Shown: positions 19,734 through 30,014 of the stretch, in pieces | Position numbering within the stretch: position 1 is the stretch's first letter | Layout of the letters: each line of letters starts with the position of its first letter | IMG/VR virus record: IMGVR_UViG_3300025713_000650 | Span: 64,001-128,000 of that record | Reading direction: 5' to 3' (one strand) | DNA: 64,000 bases | Source: a virus | Taxonomy: Duplodnaviria; Caudoviricetes | Made by a program: the position numbers and the translations under genes | Notes under the pieces: model-generated | What the model saw: the letters and a program-made list of their open reading frames with translations, nothing else | The model's database searches: none | Told to the model about the DNA's origin: nothing

Positions 19734-20747
19734 CTATTCTCCTCTTACTAACTCCATTCCTATAGTTTTAATATATTCAAAATCTTCTTTTTGAACATTT
19801 TTAATTTCCAAATATTTAGTTAATTTGCTTTCAATATCCATTGAAGAATTAATTCCACGATTTGTTATATCTTTTTCAGATCTATCAACTATAGGTACAT
19901 CTAAATCTTCTGTTAAATTAATATCATCTTTTTTAATAACTTTAATATAATCACCAGATTCTTTTATTTTCTGAATTTCTTTGCTAATATCTTTATAATT
20001 ATCTTTATTTAACTCTAATTTAATATATTTTTTATAACCTTCAAATAAAATACTTTCAACATCTAAAGTTTCTGTATCTAAAATTAAAAATCTTTTTTCT
20101 TCTCCAGATTCACCCCAATTTAATTGAATAGGTGAACCTGTATAATAAAATTTTATATTATCATTTATTATTTCTTGTGGTTTATGATAATGACCTAAAA
20201 TAACAACTTTATATTTATTGGTTAAATCTCTTAGAGAAATATCAGCTATAATTGATGTTCCGTTATTTAATATACCTTCATTTAAGCCAAAATGTGAAAT
20301 TAAAATATTTGCAGAATTTTCTTTAATTGAATTTATCATATTTGAATTATATGGGGCATAAAAAATACTATTTTTCTCATCATAATAAGGTGATGAAAAA
20401 TATGTTAGATTTGGATGATATGATAATGCTAATAATGAGGATTCTCCATCTTCAGTTTTTGAGGAAAGATCATGATTTCCCGTTACTAATTTAACACAGA
20501 CTTTATCTTTATAATCATTTAAAATCTTAATAAACATATTTTGAGAAACTGTATAAATTAAACCTTTATTATGAAATAAATCACCTGCAATAATTATCTT
20601 ATTTATTTCATGAGAAATACAATAATCAAACATATATCTCAATGAATTATTTAGACTTGATAGTCTTTCTCTTAAACCACTTTCTTTATCAATTGGATCT
20701 TGATTAAAATTTGATAAATGTATATCCGCGGTTATCGCTATTTTCAA
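19734..20747 (-). CDS. sbcD: SbcD/Mre11/gp47-like nuclease
   Basis: ADIH, AGDLFH, GNHD, SH, LGHYH, YTGSP metallophosphoesterase motifs. Confidence 0.95.
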   Translation of the reverse strand: MKIAITADIHLSNFNQDPIDKESGLRERLSSLNNSLRYMFDYCISHEINKIIIAGDLFHNKGLIYTVSQNMFIKILNDYKDKVCVKLVTGNHDLSSKTEDGESSLLALSYHPNLTYFSSPYYDEKNSIFYAPYNSNMINSIKENSANILISHFGLNEGILNNGTSIIADISLRDLTNKYKVVILGHYHKPQEIINDNIKFYYTGSPIQLNWGESGEEKRFLILDTETLDVESILFEGYKKYIKLELNKDNYKDISKEIQKIKESGDYIKVIKKDDINLTEDLDVPIVDRSEKDITNRGINSSMDIESKLTKYLEIKNVQKEDFEYIKTIGMELVRGE

Positions 20748-20757
20748 ATTATTCTCC

Positions 20758-22152
20758 TTAAATAATTTTTCTCATCGCTTCTTCATATGTTAAAATATGT
20801 TTTTCTAAATTATCATCAATATATAAAAAATTAATATTCCATTTTTTATTTTTATAATAATCTAAACGAGAAAACAATGTTCTTGATATATGCCTAACAT
20901 CAATATCTACCATATCAACAACAATAGGGATCGCTTTACCTTCCTTGATCCTTAAAATTCTTCCAGTCATTTGCTCTATATTTGAAATAGGACTTGTTAA
21001 TATCAAACAATCTTTAGATGCCGCATCTACACCATCTCTTATTTTTCCAGGTGTGGCAAATGTTACTTGTTTTTCCAAGGCTTCGTTTCCTGTATTTGAA
21101 ATAAACTTAGACTTATCATCTGATAGAATAGAATCATATAACTGGTTTATAAAATTTATTCTTTCAGAAACAAAAATTATCTTGCGGTCATCTTTAATAA
21201 ATTTTTCAAGAAGGTTTTTAGATAATATTTCTAAAGGTTTAGATTTTCTTAACATATTAAGATATCTTGCTCTCTGAAAACTACCACCCCAAAATAAATA
21301 TCTTTTTCGATCTTTAAGAATTTTAAAACTAAACATTATAACTGTAACATTTGCTTTCATCACAGATGCTTCTTCATTTGGAACAAAAATATCTCCTAAA
21401 TGATAATTTATAATATCAGATGTTCCATCATTTCTATATGGTGTTGCACTCAACCCATATGTTTCTTTACAAGGAATATGTATTGAACATAAAGAAAATG
21501 TTGGAGCACCAACTGTTGTATGAATTTCATCTGCAATCAAAACTCCAAAATCAGATTCATTAATTAATTTTAATAGTCTTATTCTATCCTTATTCAAAAG
21601 GGATACAAAAGTTTGATTGGTTGTTACCACTATATCACTTTTAAAATTATCTTCAACTGTAGACGATTTCAGGCGACTTATTGATGATTTTTGAATATCT
21701 GTAAATTGTAAAAATCTTTCAATCCATTGTTCGACTAAAGAATCTCTATGAACAAGAATAAGAGTTTTCTTTTTCTTATCACATATTGCTTTAATTGACA
21801 TTACAGTTTTACCACTACCTGGAGGGGCTTGAATAATTCCTTTATTATTTGAATTAATAAAATCAACAACTGATTTTTGTAAATTATCTCTTAATTCAAT
21901 CTTCGTTGAAATATTTATATCTTTACCCGGTGGTAGTTTATCAGTTATTTTTAAATCACAATAATCTTCTAAGGGAAAATATCTAGGAATTAATAAATAA
22001 TTATCATCTTCAATATAAAATTTAAGTTCGACAACTGGAGAATTTTGATATGATTTTGTAAGTCTAGTAAGATTATTTTTTATGTTATCATAAAATTTTT
22101 CATTCTCATATTTTCTAGGAATAAAGATACCAGTATTTCTATAAATCATCAA
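20758..22152 (-). CDS. Superfamily 2 DNA helicase (UvsW/XPB-like)
   Basis: APPGSGKT, DEIH, GLSATPYR.DG, QMTGRILR. Confidence 0.9.
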   Translation of the reverse strand: MMIYRNTGIFIPRKYENEKFYDNIKNNLTRLTKSYQNSPVVELKFYIEDDNYLLIPRYFPLEDYCDLKITDKLPPGKDINISTKIELRDNLQKSVVDFINSNNKGIIQAPPGSGKTVMSIKAICDKKKKTLILVHRDSLVEQWIERFLQFTDIQKSSISRLKSSTVEDNFKSDIVVTTNQTFVSLLNKDRIRLLKLINESDFGVLIADEIHTTVGAPTFSLCSIHIPCKETYGLSATPYRNDGTSDIINYHLGDIFVPNEEASVMKANVTVIMFSFKILKDRKRYLFWGGSFQRARYLNMLRKSKPLEILSKNLLEKFIKDDRKIIFVSERINFINQLYDSILSDDKSKFISNTGNEALEKQVTFATPGKIRDGVDAASKDCLILTSPISNIEQMTGRILRIKEGKAIPIVVDMVDIDVRHISRTLFSRLDYYKNKKWNINFLYIDDNLEKHILTYEEAMRKII

Positions 22153-22511
22153 TAAATACTTACCCTTTCAAAATATGAATCTGATGTTTCCCATAATCTC
22201 AATCTATATATATTCAAACCTTTTTCTTCTAATTTATCCCAAATCCAATTACCTATATTTTCAGCTGTAGGTAAATCAAACATATCATTTAAAAAATTAT
22301 GATCTAATTTTTCAATTATTTCTTCATTCACAATTTTCTTTAAATCACTAAAATCCATTATCATTCCCGTATATCCATTAATAACACCTCTAACAGTAAT
22401 TTCTAATTTACCTGTATGACCATGAAGGTTAATACATTTTCCTGGATGATTTGGAATATAATGACCATATTCAAATTCAAATCTTTTGGTTATCGTATCA
22501 ATATAGTTCAT
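22149..22511 (-). CDS. queD: 6-carboxy-5,6,7,8-tetrahydropterin synthase (QueD/PTPS)
   Basis: GH...HPGKCINLHGH, GMIMDF, LDH.FLN, PTAENI, WET. Confidence 0.95.
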   Translation of the reverse strand: MNYIDTITKRFEFEYGHYIPNHPGKCINLHGHTGKLEITVRGVINGYTGMIMDFSDLKKIVNEEIIEKLDHNFLNDMFDLPTAENIGNWIWDKLEEKGLNIYRLRLWETSDSYFERVSIY

Positions 22512-22579
22512 GTTTTCTCCTTTCTTTACTTAATTTAATTTTCTAATAATTGACTCGATATCATTTTTATCCCTTTCTA

Positions 22580-23881
22580 TTAATTTTGATATTGTAAATT
22601 AACATATTCATCAATATTTTTCAGGTTATTTTTAAATTCATTTATTTTATCTTTTAATTTTTGATTATCTAATTTTACAGATAATAATTTATTGATTTTA
22701 TGTTTATTAAATAGCGAGTTTATAATATCTTTCTCAATCTTTAAATTTTTACTTATTTTTTCAATAATTTCAGATGGATCTTTATAATTTGTTTTTAAAT
22801 AATTTATTAATAATGGTTTTATTTTTTCAATGAGTATATTTTCATCAATATGTTTATTTAAAATATTGATTTCATGATTTAATCTAATTTCATTAACATT
22901 CTTAAACATTTTATATGTATTTAAAAGTAATTCATCCACTGAAATTGTTCTAATATTTCTCATTCTATCTGTAACAATAATATCAAAAGAAATAGAACCA
23001 GTTAATGCTTCTTCTAATTTTTTAACAACTCTATTTAAAATATCAGCTTTATTCCTTTGTTTAATAACCTCAATAACAATATTAGTTTCTGTTGTTGATA
23101 AATCTGTAAAACCAACATCTTGATTTTCTAATTCTTTTGTAATCTTCTTTAAAATGGATTCAAATTTCTTTATACCTGGCCATGATTTTATAATTACTCT
23201 TGAATGAATATTATCAACTTTCATTATTCCTTTAAATTCAATATTCGCCTTACCTGTTGTTAATAATTTCTTTAAATCTGAATCTTTAGAAATAATTTTA
23301 CAATCAGATATTGGTTTAATTATAGGTTCTTTTTTAATTTTTCCCAATAAAAACATTAATCTTTTAGTTAAATCTTCTAAAGTATAACACGGAATAATTG
23401 TTCTATATCCAAAACCTATTCCCTGTATATAATTATTCCCTAATAAACATAAAGGAAACATTGTTGGAAGATGAATAGGTTCTTTTTCTTGTAATTCATT
23501 TATTTCCCATAAAACAAAATCAAGATATTTAAATGCCATATCTTTTATATATTTAGATAATTTAACCTCTGTATATCTAGCTGCCGCGGCACCAACATCT
23601 TCAATACCAACATTAACTCCAAAATTTCCTTGTCCTTCTAAAAATCCTTGGTGAACTAATTGAACAATTGTACCGTATGCTGAAGAGTGAGGATGAAAAT
23701 TACCAAGACAAATGCCATCAACTTTAACACTTTTTACAAATTTATCTCTTGCAATTATATATGCAGATAATAAAATTTTTCTTTCAACTGGCTTTAAACC
23801 ATCAATATCTAATGGAAAAGCTCTTGAAGAATTTACATATTTTCCATATTCTTTATAAAGACTTGGAATATGTTCGTCCAT
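22580..23881 (-). CDS. gyrA: Type IIA topoisomerase subunit A (GyrA/ParC/gp52-like, lacks the C-terminal pinwheel)
   Basis: RAFP..IDGLKPVER, FHPH, GQGNFG, AAARYTE catalytic Tyr, GIGFG. Confidence 0.9.
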   Translation of the reverse strand: MDEHIPSLYKEYGKYVNSSRAFPLDIDGLKPVERKILLSAYIIARDKFVKSVKVDGICLGNFHPHSSAYGTIVQLVHQGFLEGQGNFGVNVGIEDVGAAAARYTEVKLSKYIKDMAFKYLDFVLWEINELQEKEPIHLPTMFPLCLLGNNYIQGIGFGYRTIIPCYTLEDLTKRLMFLLGKIKKEPIIKPISDCKIISKDSDLKKLLTTGKANIEFKGIMKVDNIHSRVIIKSWPGIKKFESILKKITKELENQDVGFTDLSTTETNIVIEVIKQRNKADILNRVVKKLEEALTGSISFDIIVTDRMRNIRTISVDELLLNTYKMFKNVNEIRLNHEINILNKHIDENILIEKIKPLLINYLKTNYKDPSEIIEKISKNLKIEKDIINSLFNKHKINKLLSVKLDNQKLKDKINEFKNNLKNIDEYVNLQYQN

Positions 23882-23883
23882 TT

Positions 23884-25668
23884 TTATCCTTTCCCTTTTA
23901 ATAAATCTCTTTTAGCTTCAACATCTGTAAATATCTTTATTAATTCATTTTGATTATTTGTATATTCCAATTTTATTAATCTTCTTGTTTTTTCATCCAT
24001 AAGACAAATTTTTAATTGTTGTGGTGACATTTCACCCAAACCTTTAAAATATGTAATATGCCTATTTTTATCCCTAGATTCTTTTAATTCTTCTTCTGTC
24101 CATAATGGTATAAATGTTTTTCCTTCATTTACTGCATATAGAGGTCCACTTGCTAGATAAAATTTTCCACTTTTAATAATTTCAGGAAATAAAATTAAAT
24201 AAACCATTGCTATTAAAGAAGAAATATGGTAGCCATCATAATCATTATCAGAACTTGCAATTACTTTACTATATTTTAATTTTGATAAATCAAAATTTGG
24301 TCCGATTCCACAACCCATTGCCTGAGTCAATTCTGCAATTTCTTTATTTTTTAAAATATCTTTTGCATTCAAAACATTGGGGATTTTACCTCTTAACGGA
24401 AAAATAGCATGTATCCTAGGATCTCTACATTGAATTAATGTTCCTGCCGCACTGTCACCCTCAACAATATATAATTCTCCATTCACACCAGTACAATCTC
24501 TAAGTTTTGTAAATTTTGTTGAAACTCTTTTATTGTGTGATGAACTTTTTAATTTTTTAGAATCAAGTTTCTTTCTGTATATATCAAATCCTTCTAATAA
24601 AACTTGTAAATCTTCTTTATTATCATTAAAATAAGATGAAATTTGTTTTGATATATCATCAAATAATTTCTTTAATGCATCTTTTCTATTGATCAATTTA
24701 TCTTTTGTCTGACCTGAAAGTTCAGGTCTTTCTAATTCTAAACTTATATATGCTCTTAACCCAACAAGAACATCATTTTGTTGAAATTTATATTCATTTT
24801 TATTAGATTTATTTAGAATATCTTTTAAAACATCAAAAAATAGATTAATATGTGTCCCACCACTTTCAACTGGTAATAAATTAACTGAAGATAATATTCT
24901 TGGTGTCATTATAGATTCAAATGAATAACAAAAAATAACTCTTAAAGATTCAATTTTATGTTTTATACCGAAACTTAATATCTTTGTAACATTTTCATCA
25001 TTAATACATTCTTTTTCAAAAAACTTTATTTTATCTGAATTATTAATAATTTCTTTTTTATCATCAATTTGTAAAATAAAATAAGAATTAGATAATTCAA
25101 CTGACGCAACGGCTAATCTTTTTCTTATTCTATCCATATTTACTATTGTTTTTTCAAAATATTTTTTTGAAGGTACAAAAGAAATTGCTGTTGAGAAAGG
25201 TTTTTCTTCTTTATTATAATCTTCTATTAATTCATTTTTAATTTTTGCATTTTCAAATGTAAATTTACCATGTTTTTTATTTTTAAAAATTTCAATTTCA
25301 TAAAAATTACTTAATGCATTTACTGCTGTTAATCCCACACCATGAATACCAACTGATATATTATATGCAGTTTTCATATTCTTAAATTTCCCACCACTAA
25401 ACATCTTTGTTGAAACGGTAATGGGGACACCGTCTTCAATAGGCATTCCTCTACCATTATCACATACCGTATATTTACTATTTTTTGTATCAATATAAAT
25501 TCCAACAATATTTGCATATCCAGCTAAACATTCATCAAGAGCATTATCTAATAATTCTTCTAATAAATGTGTCGGTGTTTCTGTTGATCCAATATACATT
25601 CCTGGCGCATTTCTAATATGTGATATTTCATCTAATACTTTTATATCTTTTGATGTGTAATCGCTCAT
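23884..25668 (-). CDS. gyrB: Type IIA topoisomerase subunit B (GyrB/ParE-like)
   Basis: PGMYIG, ELLDNALDE, DNGRGMP, GIHGVG, VEGDSA, PLRGK, DNDYDG, FKGLGEM. Confidence 0.95.
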   Translation of the reverse strand: MSDYTSKDIKVLDEISHIRNAPGMYIGSTETPTHLLEELLDNALDECLAGYANIVGIYIDTKNSKYTVCDNGRGMPIEDGVPITVSTKMFSGGKFKNMKTAYNISVGIHGVGLTAVNALSNFYEIEIFKNKKHGKFTFENAKIKNELIEDYNKEEKPFSTAISFVPSKKYFEKTIVNMDRIRKRLAVASVELSNSYFILQIDDKKEIINNSDKIKFFEKECINDENVTKILSFGIKHKIESLRVIFCYSFESIMTPRILSSVNLLPVESGGTHINLFFDVLKDILNKSNKNEYKFQQNDVLVGLRAYISLELERPELSGQTKDKLINRKDALKKLFDDISKQISSYFNDNKEDLQVLLEGFDIYRKKLDSKKLKSSSHNKRVSTKFTKLRDCTGVNGELYIVEGDSAAGTLIQCRDPRIHAIFPLRGKIPNVLNAKDILKNKEIAELTQAMGCGIGPNFDLSKLKYSKVIASSDNDYDGYHISSLIAMVYLILFPEIIKSGKFYLASGPLYAVNEGKTFIPLWTEEELKESRDKNRHITYFKGLGEMSPQQLKICLMDEKTRRLIKLEYTNNQNELIKIFTDVEAKRDLLKGKG

Positions 25669-25693
25669 TTATTCTCCTTAATTTTTTTAAATT

Positions 25694-26767
25694 TTAATCA
25701 GTATTTCTTAGTAAATATTTATTGTTTATTACCTTAAAAGAAATTCTTTCTTTACTTTCATTCACTGATTTACAAACAATTCCTTCTCTTCTATTGTTAG
25801 GATTTAAAGAAGGTCCATCCGCATATTCTAATAACTTATCTATTGTATCATATTTTTTAAAAATTCTTTCATTTTTAGATAAAATTGGAACATGTTTAAT
25901 TTTAACATTATACTTGGATGCTAAACAATTTAACATTTCTAAATAATCATATCTTTTACTTGGTTCCATATACATTCCTCTGTCAATATCATAAATATTA
26001 AAAATATATAATTCATTCTCTGCTAATCTTTCTCTATTTTTTTGAATTTTACGACCAATGATTTCACCTTGTAATGCAATATTATTTTTAAATTCTGATA
26101 ATATCTCTTTTAAATATAATTCTTTAGAAATTTTAATGTAAATATTGTATTCATTATCTTCACTTAAATCATCTAAATATAATTCACTACTACAACATCC
26201 AAATTCACCATCTCTATAAAAATATGTTGAACTCGTACCATCTAATTTTATTGTCACTTCAAAAAATTCATTTTTATATTTTTCAAAATAATGGGGTAAA
26301 TTTTGAATTCTTTCTTGATCTGTTTTACTTATAAACCCTGGAAAATAACCTTTTATTTTTCCACTCATAAAGATAGGAATGGGTTTTACATATTTTTCAA
26401 CACTTAATAAATCAGTTAAATCATCACCAACATTAAAATCATTTTCATTCAAATTTAATTTTGAAAATGATAAAGCTAAACCTTGAGAAATTCTATCTTT
26501 AAATTTCATTGTTCTTAATCTGAAACCTTCTTTATCTAATTCTTCAATTCTTTTAAACGATGATTTTCTTAGAAATTCAAATTCTGGTCGTATTGGTAGA
26601 AATGAATCAATTTCAAAATAAATTACTTTATCCCCTTTTTTTAACTCACCTTTTCTGACAACACATTGCCAACCATCAACTATAGCTAATTCAATAAAAT
26701 CAGCATCTTCAATAGGTAAAATATCTTTAATAATTCTCACCGAAGCTAATTTTCTTTTTATCTCCAT
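25694..26767 (-). CDS. RNA ligase, DRB0094 family
   Basis: RKLAS..., YFEIDS, SQGL, KTDQERIQN, KLDGTS (motif I), GEIIG, REGIV, SFKVI. Confidence 0.9.
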   Translation of the reverse strand: MEIKRKLASVRIIKDILPIEDADFIELAIVDGWQCVVRKGELKKGDKVIYFEIDSFLPIRPEFEFLRKSSFKRIEELDKEGFRLRTMKFKDRISQGLALSFSKLNLNENDFNVGDDLTDLLSVEKYVKPIPIFMSGKIKGYFPGFISKTDQERIQNLPHYFEKYKNEFFEVTIKLDGTSSTYFYRDGEFGCCSSELYLDDLSEDNEYNIYIKISKELYLKEILSEFKNNIALQGEIIGRKIQKNRERLAENELYIFNIYDIDRGMYMEPSKRYDYLEMLNCLASKYNVKIKHVPILSKNERIFKKYDTIDKLLEYADGPSLNPNNRREGIVCKSVNESKERISFKVINNKYLLRNTD

Positions 26768-26792
26768 TTTTTACCTCTTTTATTTTTTAAGG

Positions 26793-26828
26793 AAAAAAGA
26801 AGACCAAATTAATAGGTCTTCTTTTTTT
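26793..26828 (-). terminator. Intrinsic terminator
   Basis: aaaaaagaagacc-N9-ggtcttctttttt. Confidence 0.8.
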
Positions 26829-26833
26829 CTCAC

Positions 26834-27199
26834 CTAACAATTTTCACTAAATAAACCGTTAATAAAACGAATCGTTATGTCATTTAATTTAGGAATCAAC
26901 TCAATTGTTGACTCCCTAAATTTAGTTCCAATGGGGGATTTCATGAATAGAAGAATTTCTTCCAGATCATCCTGTGAATAATACTGCTGAAATGTTTGAG
27001 AAAATAATGCAACATAATCCATTTCGTCTATGCTGCCTATTTTTTCTTTTATTAATTCAGTTTCCTCTTTACTAATCTCCCCACTTGTAACTTGCCATTT
27101 AATTATAGAATCCAAACTTGAGTGTGTTGACTCCATTAATCCAATAACATCTAAAAACTCCAAAAGTGTTTCGTTAAATGTTCTTGATGTTTTTTCCAT
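26834..27199 (-). CDS. DUF2059-domain protein
   Basis: YYSQDDLEEILLFMKSPIGTKF matches the DUF2059 Y...ft..El..l..Fy.Sp.G.k pattern. Confidence 0.75.
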   Translation of the reverse strand: MEKTSRTFNETLLEFLDVIGLMESTHSSLDSIIKWQVTSGEISKEETELIKEKIGSIDEMDYVALFSQTFQQYYSQDDLEEILLFMKSPIGTKFRESTIELIPKLNDITIRFINGLFSENC

Positions 27200-27231
27200 A
27201 AAAGCTCCCCTTTCATTTTATTTTTATTCAC

Positions 27232-27248
27232 TAATTAATATATATAGA
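27232..27248 (-). promoter_or_regulatory. Conserved phage promoter-like motif TCTATATATATTAATTA (copy 2)
   Basis: Exact repeat; sits between a terminator and the GGGGAG RBS of 26834..27199. Confidence 0.75.
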
Positions 27249-27272
27249 AAAAAATTAATTCAAAAAAATTAA

Positions 27273-27309
27273 AAAAAATGTAAGAAAATTTAAAATTCTT
27301 ACATTTTTT
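27273..27309 (-). terminator. Intrinsic terminator
   Basis: aaaaaatgtaagaa-N9-ttcttacatttttt. Confidence 0.75.
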
Positions 27310-27319
27310 AAAAAAATTT

Positions 27320-28726
27320 TTAATAATCAGCTCTTACAATATAACCAGTTTTATTTATCAAATGATCTGAATTATTTTTAGGAATGACGTAAACTGTTTT
27401 TTTAGGTAATAAATTTCTATCAAATTCATTTAAATTTTCACATTCTGCATCCGTAAAAACTAAGGTTATATCTGATCTTAATTCTAGACTTCTTTTTAAT
27501 CCGGGTGATAAAAATGTTCCACCTCTTCCTTTAATATTGAATTGAATATCGCTTAATCTTTTTATTGTATATTCTTTCTGGATTTTAACATCTTCTTCAA
27601 TAACTGTAATCTTACAATATTTATCATTTTCAATAAAATTCTTAATACCAGATAATCCTTCTAAAACTCTATCCCTGTTCATACTAGCCGATGTATCAAG
27701 AATTATTACAATTGAAAATGATTTACTTGGTTGTCTTCCAGGAAAAGGAAGAAATAACATAGGTTTATAATAAAAGGCATAACTTCTTTTCTTATTAATT
27801 TTTGAATAAGCAAATGTTTCTTTTGCTTTAATGTTACCTTTTACTATTTTTCTAATAATATAATAATAAGGTATCTTGGGTGGTTTAAGAATATCATCTA
27901 TTAATTCTTTAACATCTGCAGATAAATTTCCTTTATCTCTAACCTGTTTATATGCGTTATAAACTATATTATTTATTTTTGTCTCAATAAATCTTGGACT
28001 AACTTTCATTTTATTATTAATCCATATATCACCAGCTTTAGTAATATCTGTTTCTTTTAAATCTATATATTGATGTTCATTATTTTCATTATCTGAATTA
28101 TTATCTTTTATGTTTTCATTATCTTTATTCTCATTATTATCGGATTTTACATTCTCTTCATTCTCAGAATTAATATCGCTATTACAAGAAACATTATCAG
28201 AAATTCCATTTTTTCCTCCCTTACCATTTAAATTATCTTTATCTGAATTATTTTTATTATATAATTCATAAAAATATTCTTCAGAAGATAATTTATCTGG
28301 AAGTTTATATAAATCTGCAAATAAAGGATAAAAATGTTTATTATTTATTTTTACAACTCTAGGCATTTTACATAAATAATTAGCACAAAAGTCAGAAGCT
28401 TTTTGCCAACAATCAATTACTTTTTCTCTTTCATTTTCAGAATATTCTTCTATTAAGGTTTTCAATCTTAATAGATGTTTATTTAAAATATGATAACCTT
28501 CATGTTGAAGAACTTTTTCAATTACTTTAATATCTGTATTTTCTAAATCATCTTCATCATAAAGAAGAAAAATTTCTCCATCTTCATCTAAATACACTGC
28601 AAATAATCCAGCGGGTATATTTTTTAAAGAAATTTTTCTTCTATCAATATTTGAAAATAAATATCCCCAATAACTATCTTTTAAAATAAGAGATGCTATT
28701 GCCTCATTTATTTTATTATCATGCAT
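27320..28726 (-). CDS. DUF2201-type metallopeptidase-like/vWA domain protein
   Basis: HEGYH (HExxH), low-complexity linker, DTSASM MIDAS, GRGGT, FTD. Confidence 0.85.
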   Translation of the reverse strand: MHDNKINEAIASLILKDSYWGYLFSNIDRRKISLKNIPAGLFAVYLDEDGEIFLLYDEDDLENTDIKVIEKVLQHEGYHILNKHLLRLKTLIEEYSENEREKVIDCWQKASDFCANYLCKMPRVVKINNKHFYPLFADLYKLPDKLSSEEYFYELYNKNNSDKDNLNGKGGKNGISDNVSCNSDINSENEENVKSDNNENKDNENIKDNNSDNENNEHQYIDLKETDITKAGDIWINNKMKVSPRFIETKINNIVYNAYKQVRDKGNLSADVKELIDDILKPPKIPYYYIIRKIVKGNIKAKETFAYSKINKKRSYAFYYKPMLFLPFPGRQPSKSFSIVIILDTSASMNRDRVLEGLSGIKNFIENDKYCKITVIEEDVKIQKEYTIKRLSDIQFNIKGRGGTFLSPGLKRSLELRSDITLVFTDAECENLNEFDRNLLPKKTVYVIPKNNSDHLINKTGYIVRADY

Positions 28727-28732
28727 TTTTAA

Positions 28733-29935
28733 TCACTCATTAAATGTTTTTTTACTTAAATTATGCATTTTTTCAAAGAATTTATTTTTATATTCACTAA
28801 CATCGTTAATAAATACACTTTGTAAACGAATCAAATATAAATATATATCTCTATCCTTTGTTGCCATTTGTGCTATAAATGTAAAAAACATTACACCTAT
28901 ATCTGAAGGAATATCACATAAAAATAAGGCAATATTTCTTTTTTGTTGATCATTTAATTCTGGTTTTTCTTCTAAATGATTCATTATAGATTCAAAAAGT
29001 CTATTTAAACTAAGATTATCTAATTTATTTATTATTGATTTATTGGATTCAAAATTATTTATGATTTCTTCATAATTTATTTTATTACTAGAATCCTTTA
29101 CAAAATCAATAAAAATTCTAGACAATGACATATTTAATAATCCTGGAAAAATTATATTAAGATTTTTTAAATTACTTTCAATACCACCATTCATTTCATA
29201 TCCCCATAAAATATCTGAACATTTCTCCCAAGATGCTGGATTTGAATATACTCTTCCTTTTCTTTGGGATTCAAAATCATATAAAAATTTGGGGTTATGT
29301 TTAATAAAATCAATTACAAACTTATGAAACTTTTGATTTTCAGCATATTTTAAAAATGTATCAACTGATAAATCACAATAAATATGAACACTTCTTCTTA
29401 AACCAGCGGCATCTTCCAATGTATTCATTGAATATTCTTGATCATCTGGATTATCTAATGTGATAATAAACCAACCTTTTGGAAAATCATGTGTATGTAA
29501 TCTATGTTCATTTTGAATTTGCCACATTAATTGCTGTAAATCATGATCACCTCTACCCATTTCATCAATAACAAATAAACCAAAGGAATTTTCATCTTTT
29601 GGAATAAAATCACTAAATAACATACTAAATTGTTTATTTTCTGGATCTGGAAAAGGACATAACATATCATCTCTTCTTAGGACAGAACTATTTAATTTAA
29701 CAATATCAAATTTAATATTTAATTCTTTTGATAATTCTTCAGCTATTTGAAAACATGATTGTGTTTTACCTATTCCGGCGGGACCGATAATGTGAAAATT
29801 ATTTTTACCTATATATTTTCCATTATTCCAACATTTTATTACATTTTTAATATTATTTTTTATAATTGTTTTAAGATGTTCAATATTTGAACTAGCTATA
29901 TTTAGTTTATCAACATATGCAATTTCTTTACTCAT
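28733..29935 (-). CDS. MoxR-like AAA+ ATPase (partner of the vWA protein)
   Basis: GPAGIGKT, IDEMGR, NP, RR, PASWE; adjacent to the vWA gene. Confidence 0.85.
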   Translation of the reverse strand: MSKEIAYVDKLNIASSNIEHLKTIIKNNIKNVIKCWNNGKYIGKNNFHIIGPAGIGKTQSCFQIAEELSKELNIKFDIVKLNSSVLRRDDMLCPFPDPENKQFSMLFSDFIPKDENSFGLFVIDEMGRGDHDLQQLMWQIQNEHRLHTHDFPKGWFIITLDNPDDQEYSMNTLEDAAGLRRSVHIYCDLSVDTFLKYAENQKFHKFVIDFIKHNPKFLYDFESQRKGRVYSNPASWEKCSDILWGYEMNGGIESNLKNLNIIFPGLLNMSLSRIFIDFVKDSSNKINYEEIINNFESNKSIINKLDNLSLNRLFESIMNHLEEKPELNDQQKRNIALFLCDIPSDIGVMFFTFIAQMATKDRDIYLYLIRLQSVFINDVSEYKNKFFEKMHNLSKKTFNE

Positions 29936-29969
29936 TCACTATTCTCCTATTCACACATTTTTCTCGAAA

Positions 29970-30014
29970 AAAATCCGGGTTGGATAAAAATATAATTCAT
30001 CCAACCCGGATTTT
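29970..30014 (-). terminator. Strong intrinsic terminator
   Basis: 16-bp perfect inverted repeat aaaatccgggttggat / atccaacccggatttt followed by a U-tract on the minus strand. Confidence 0.85.
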
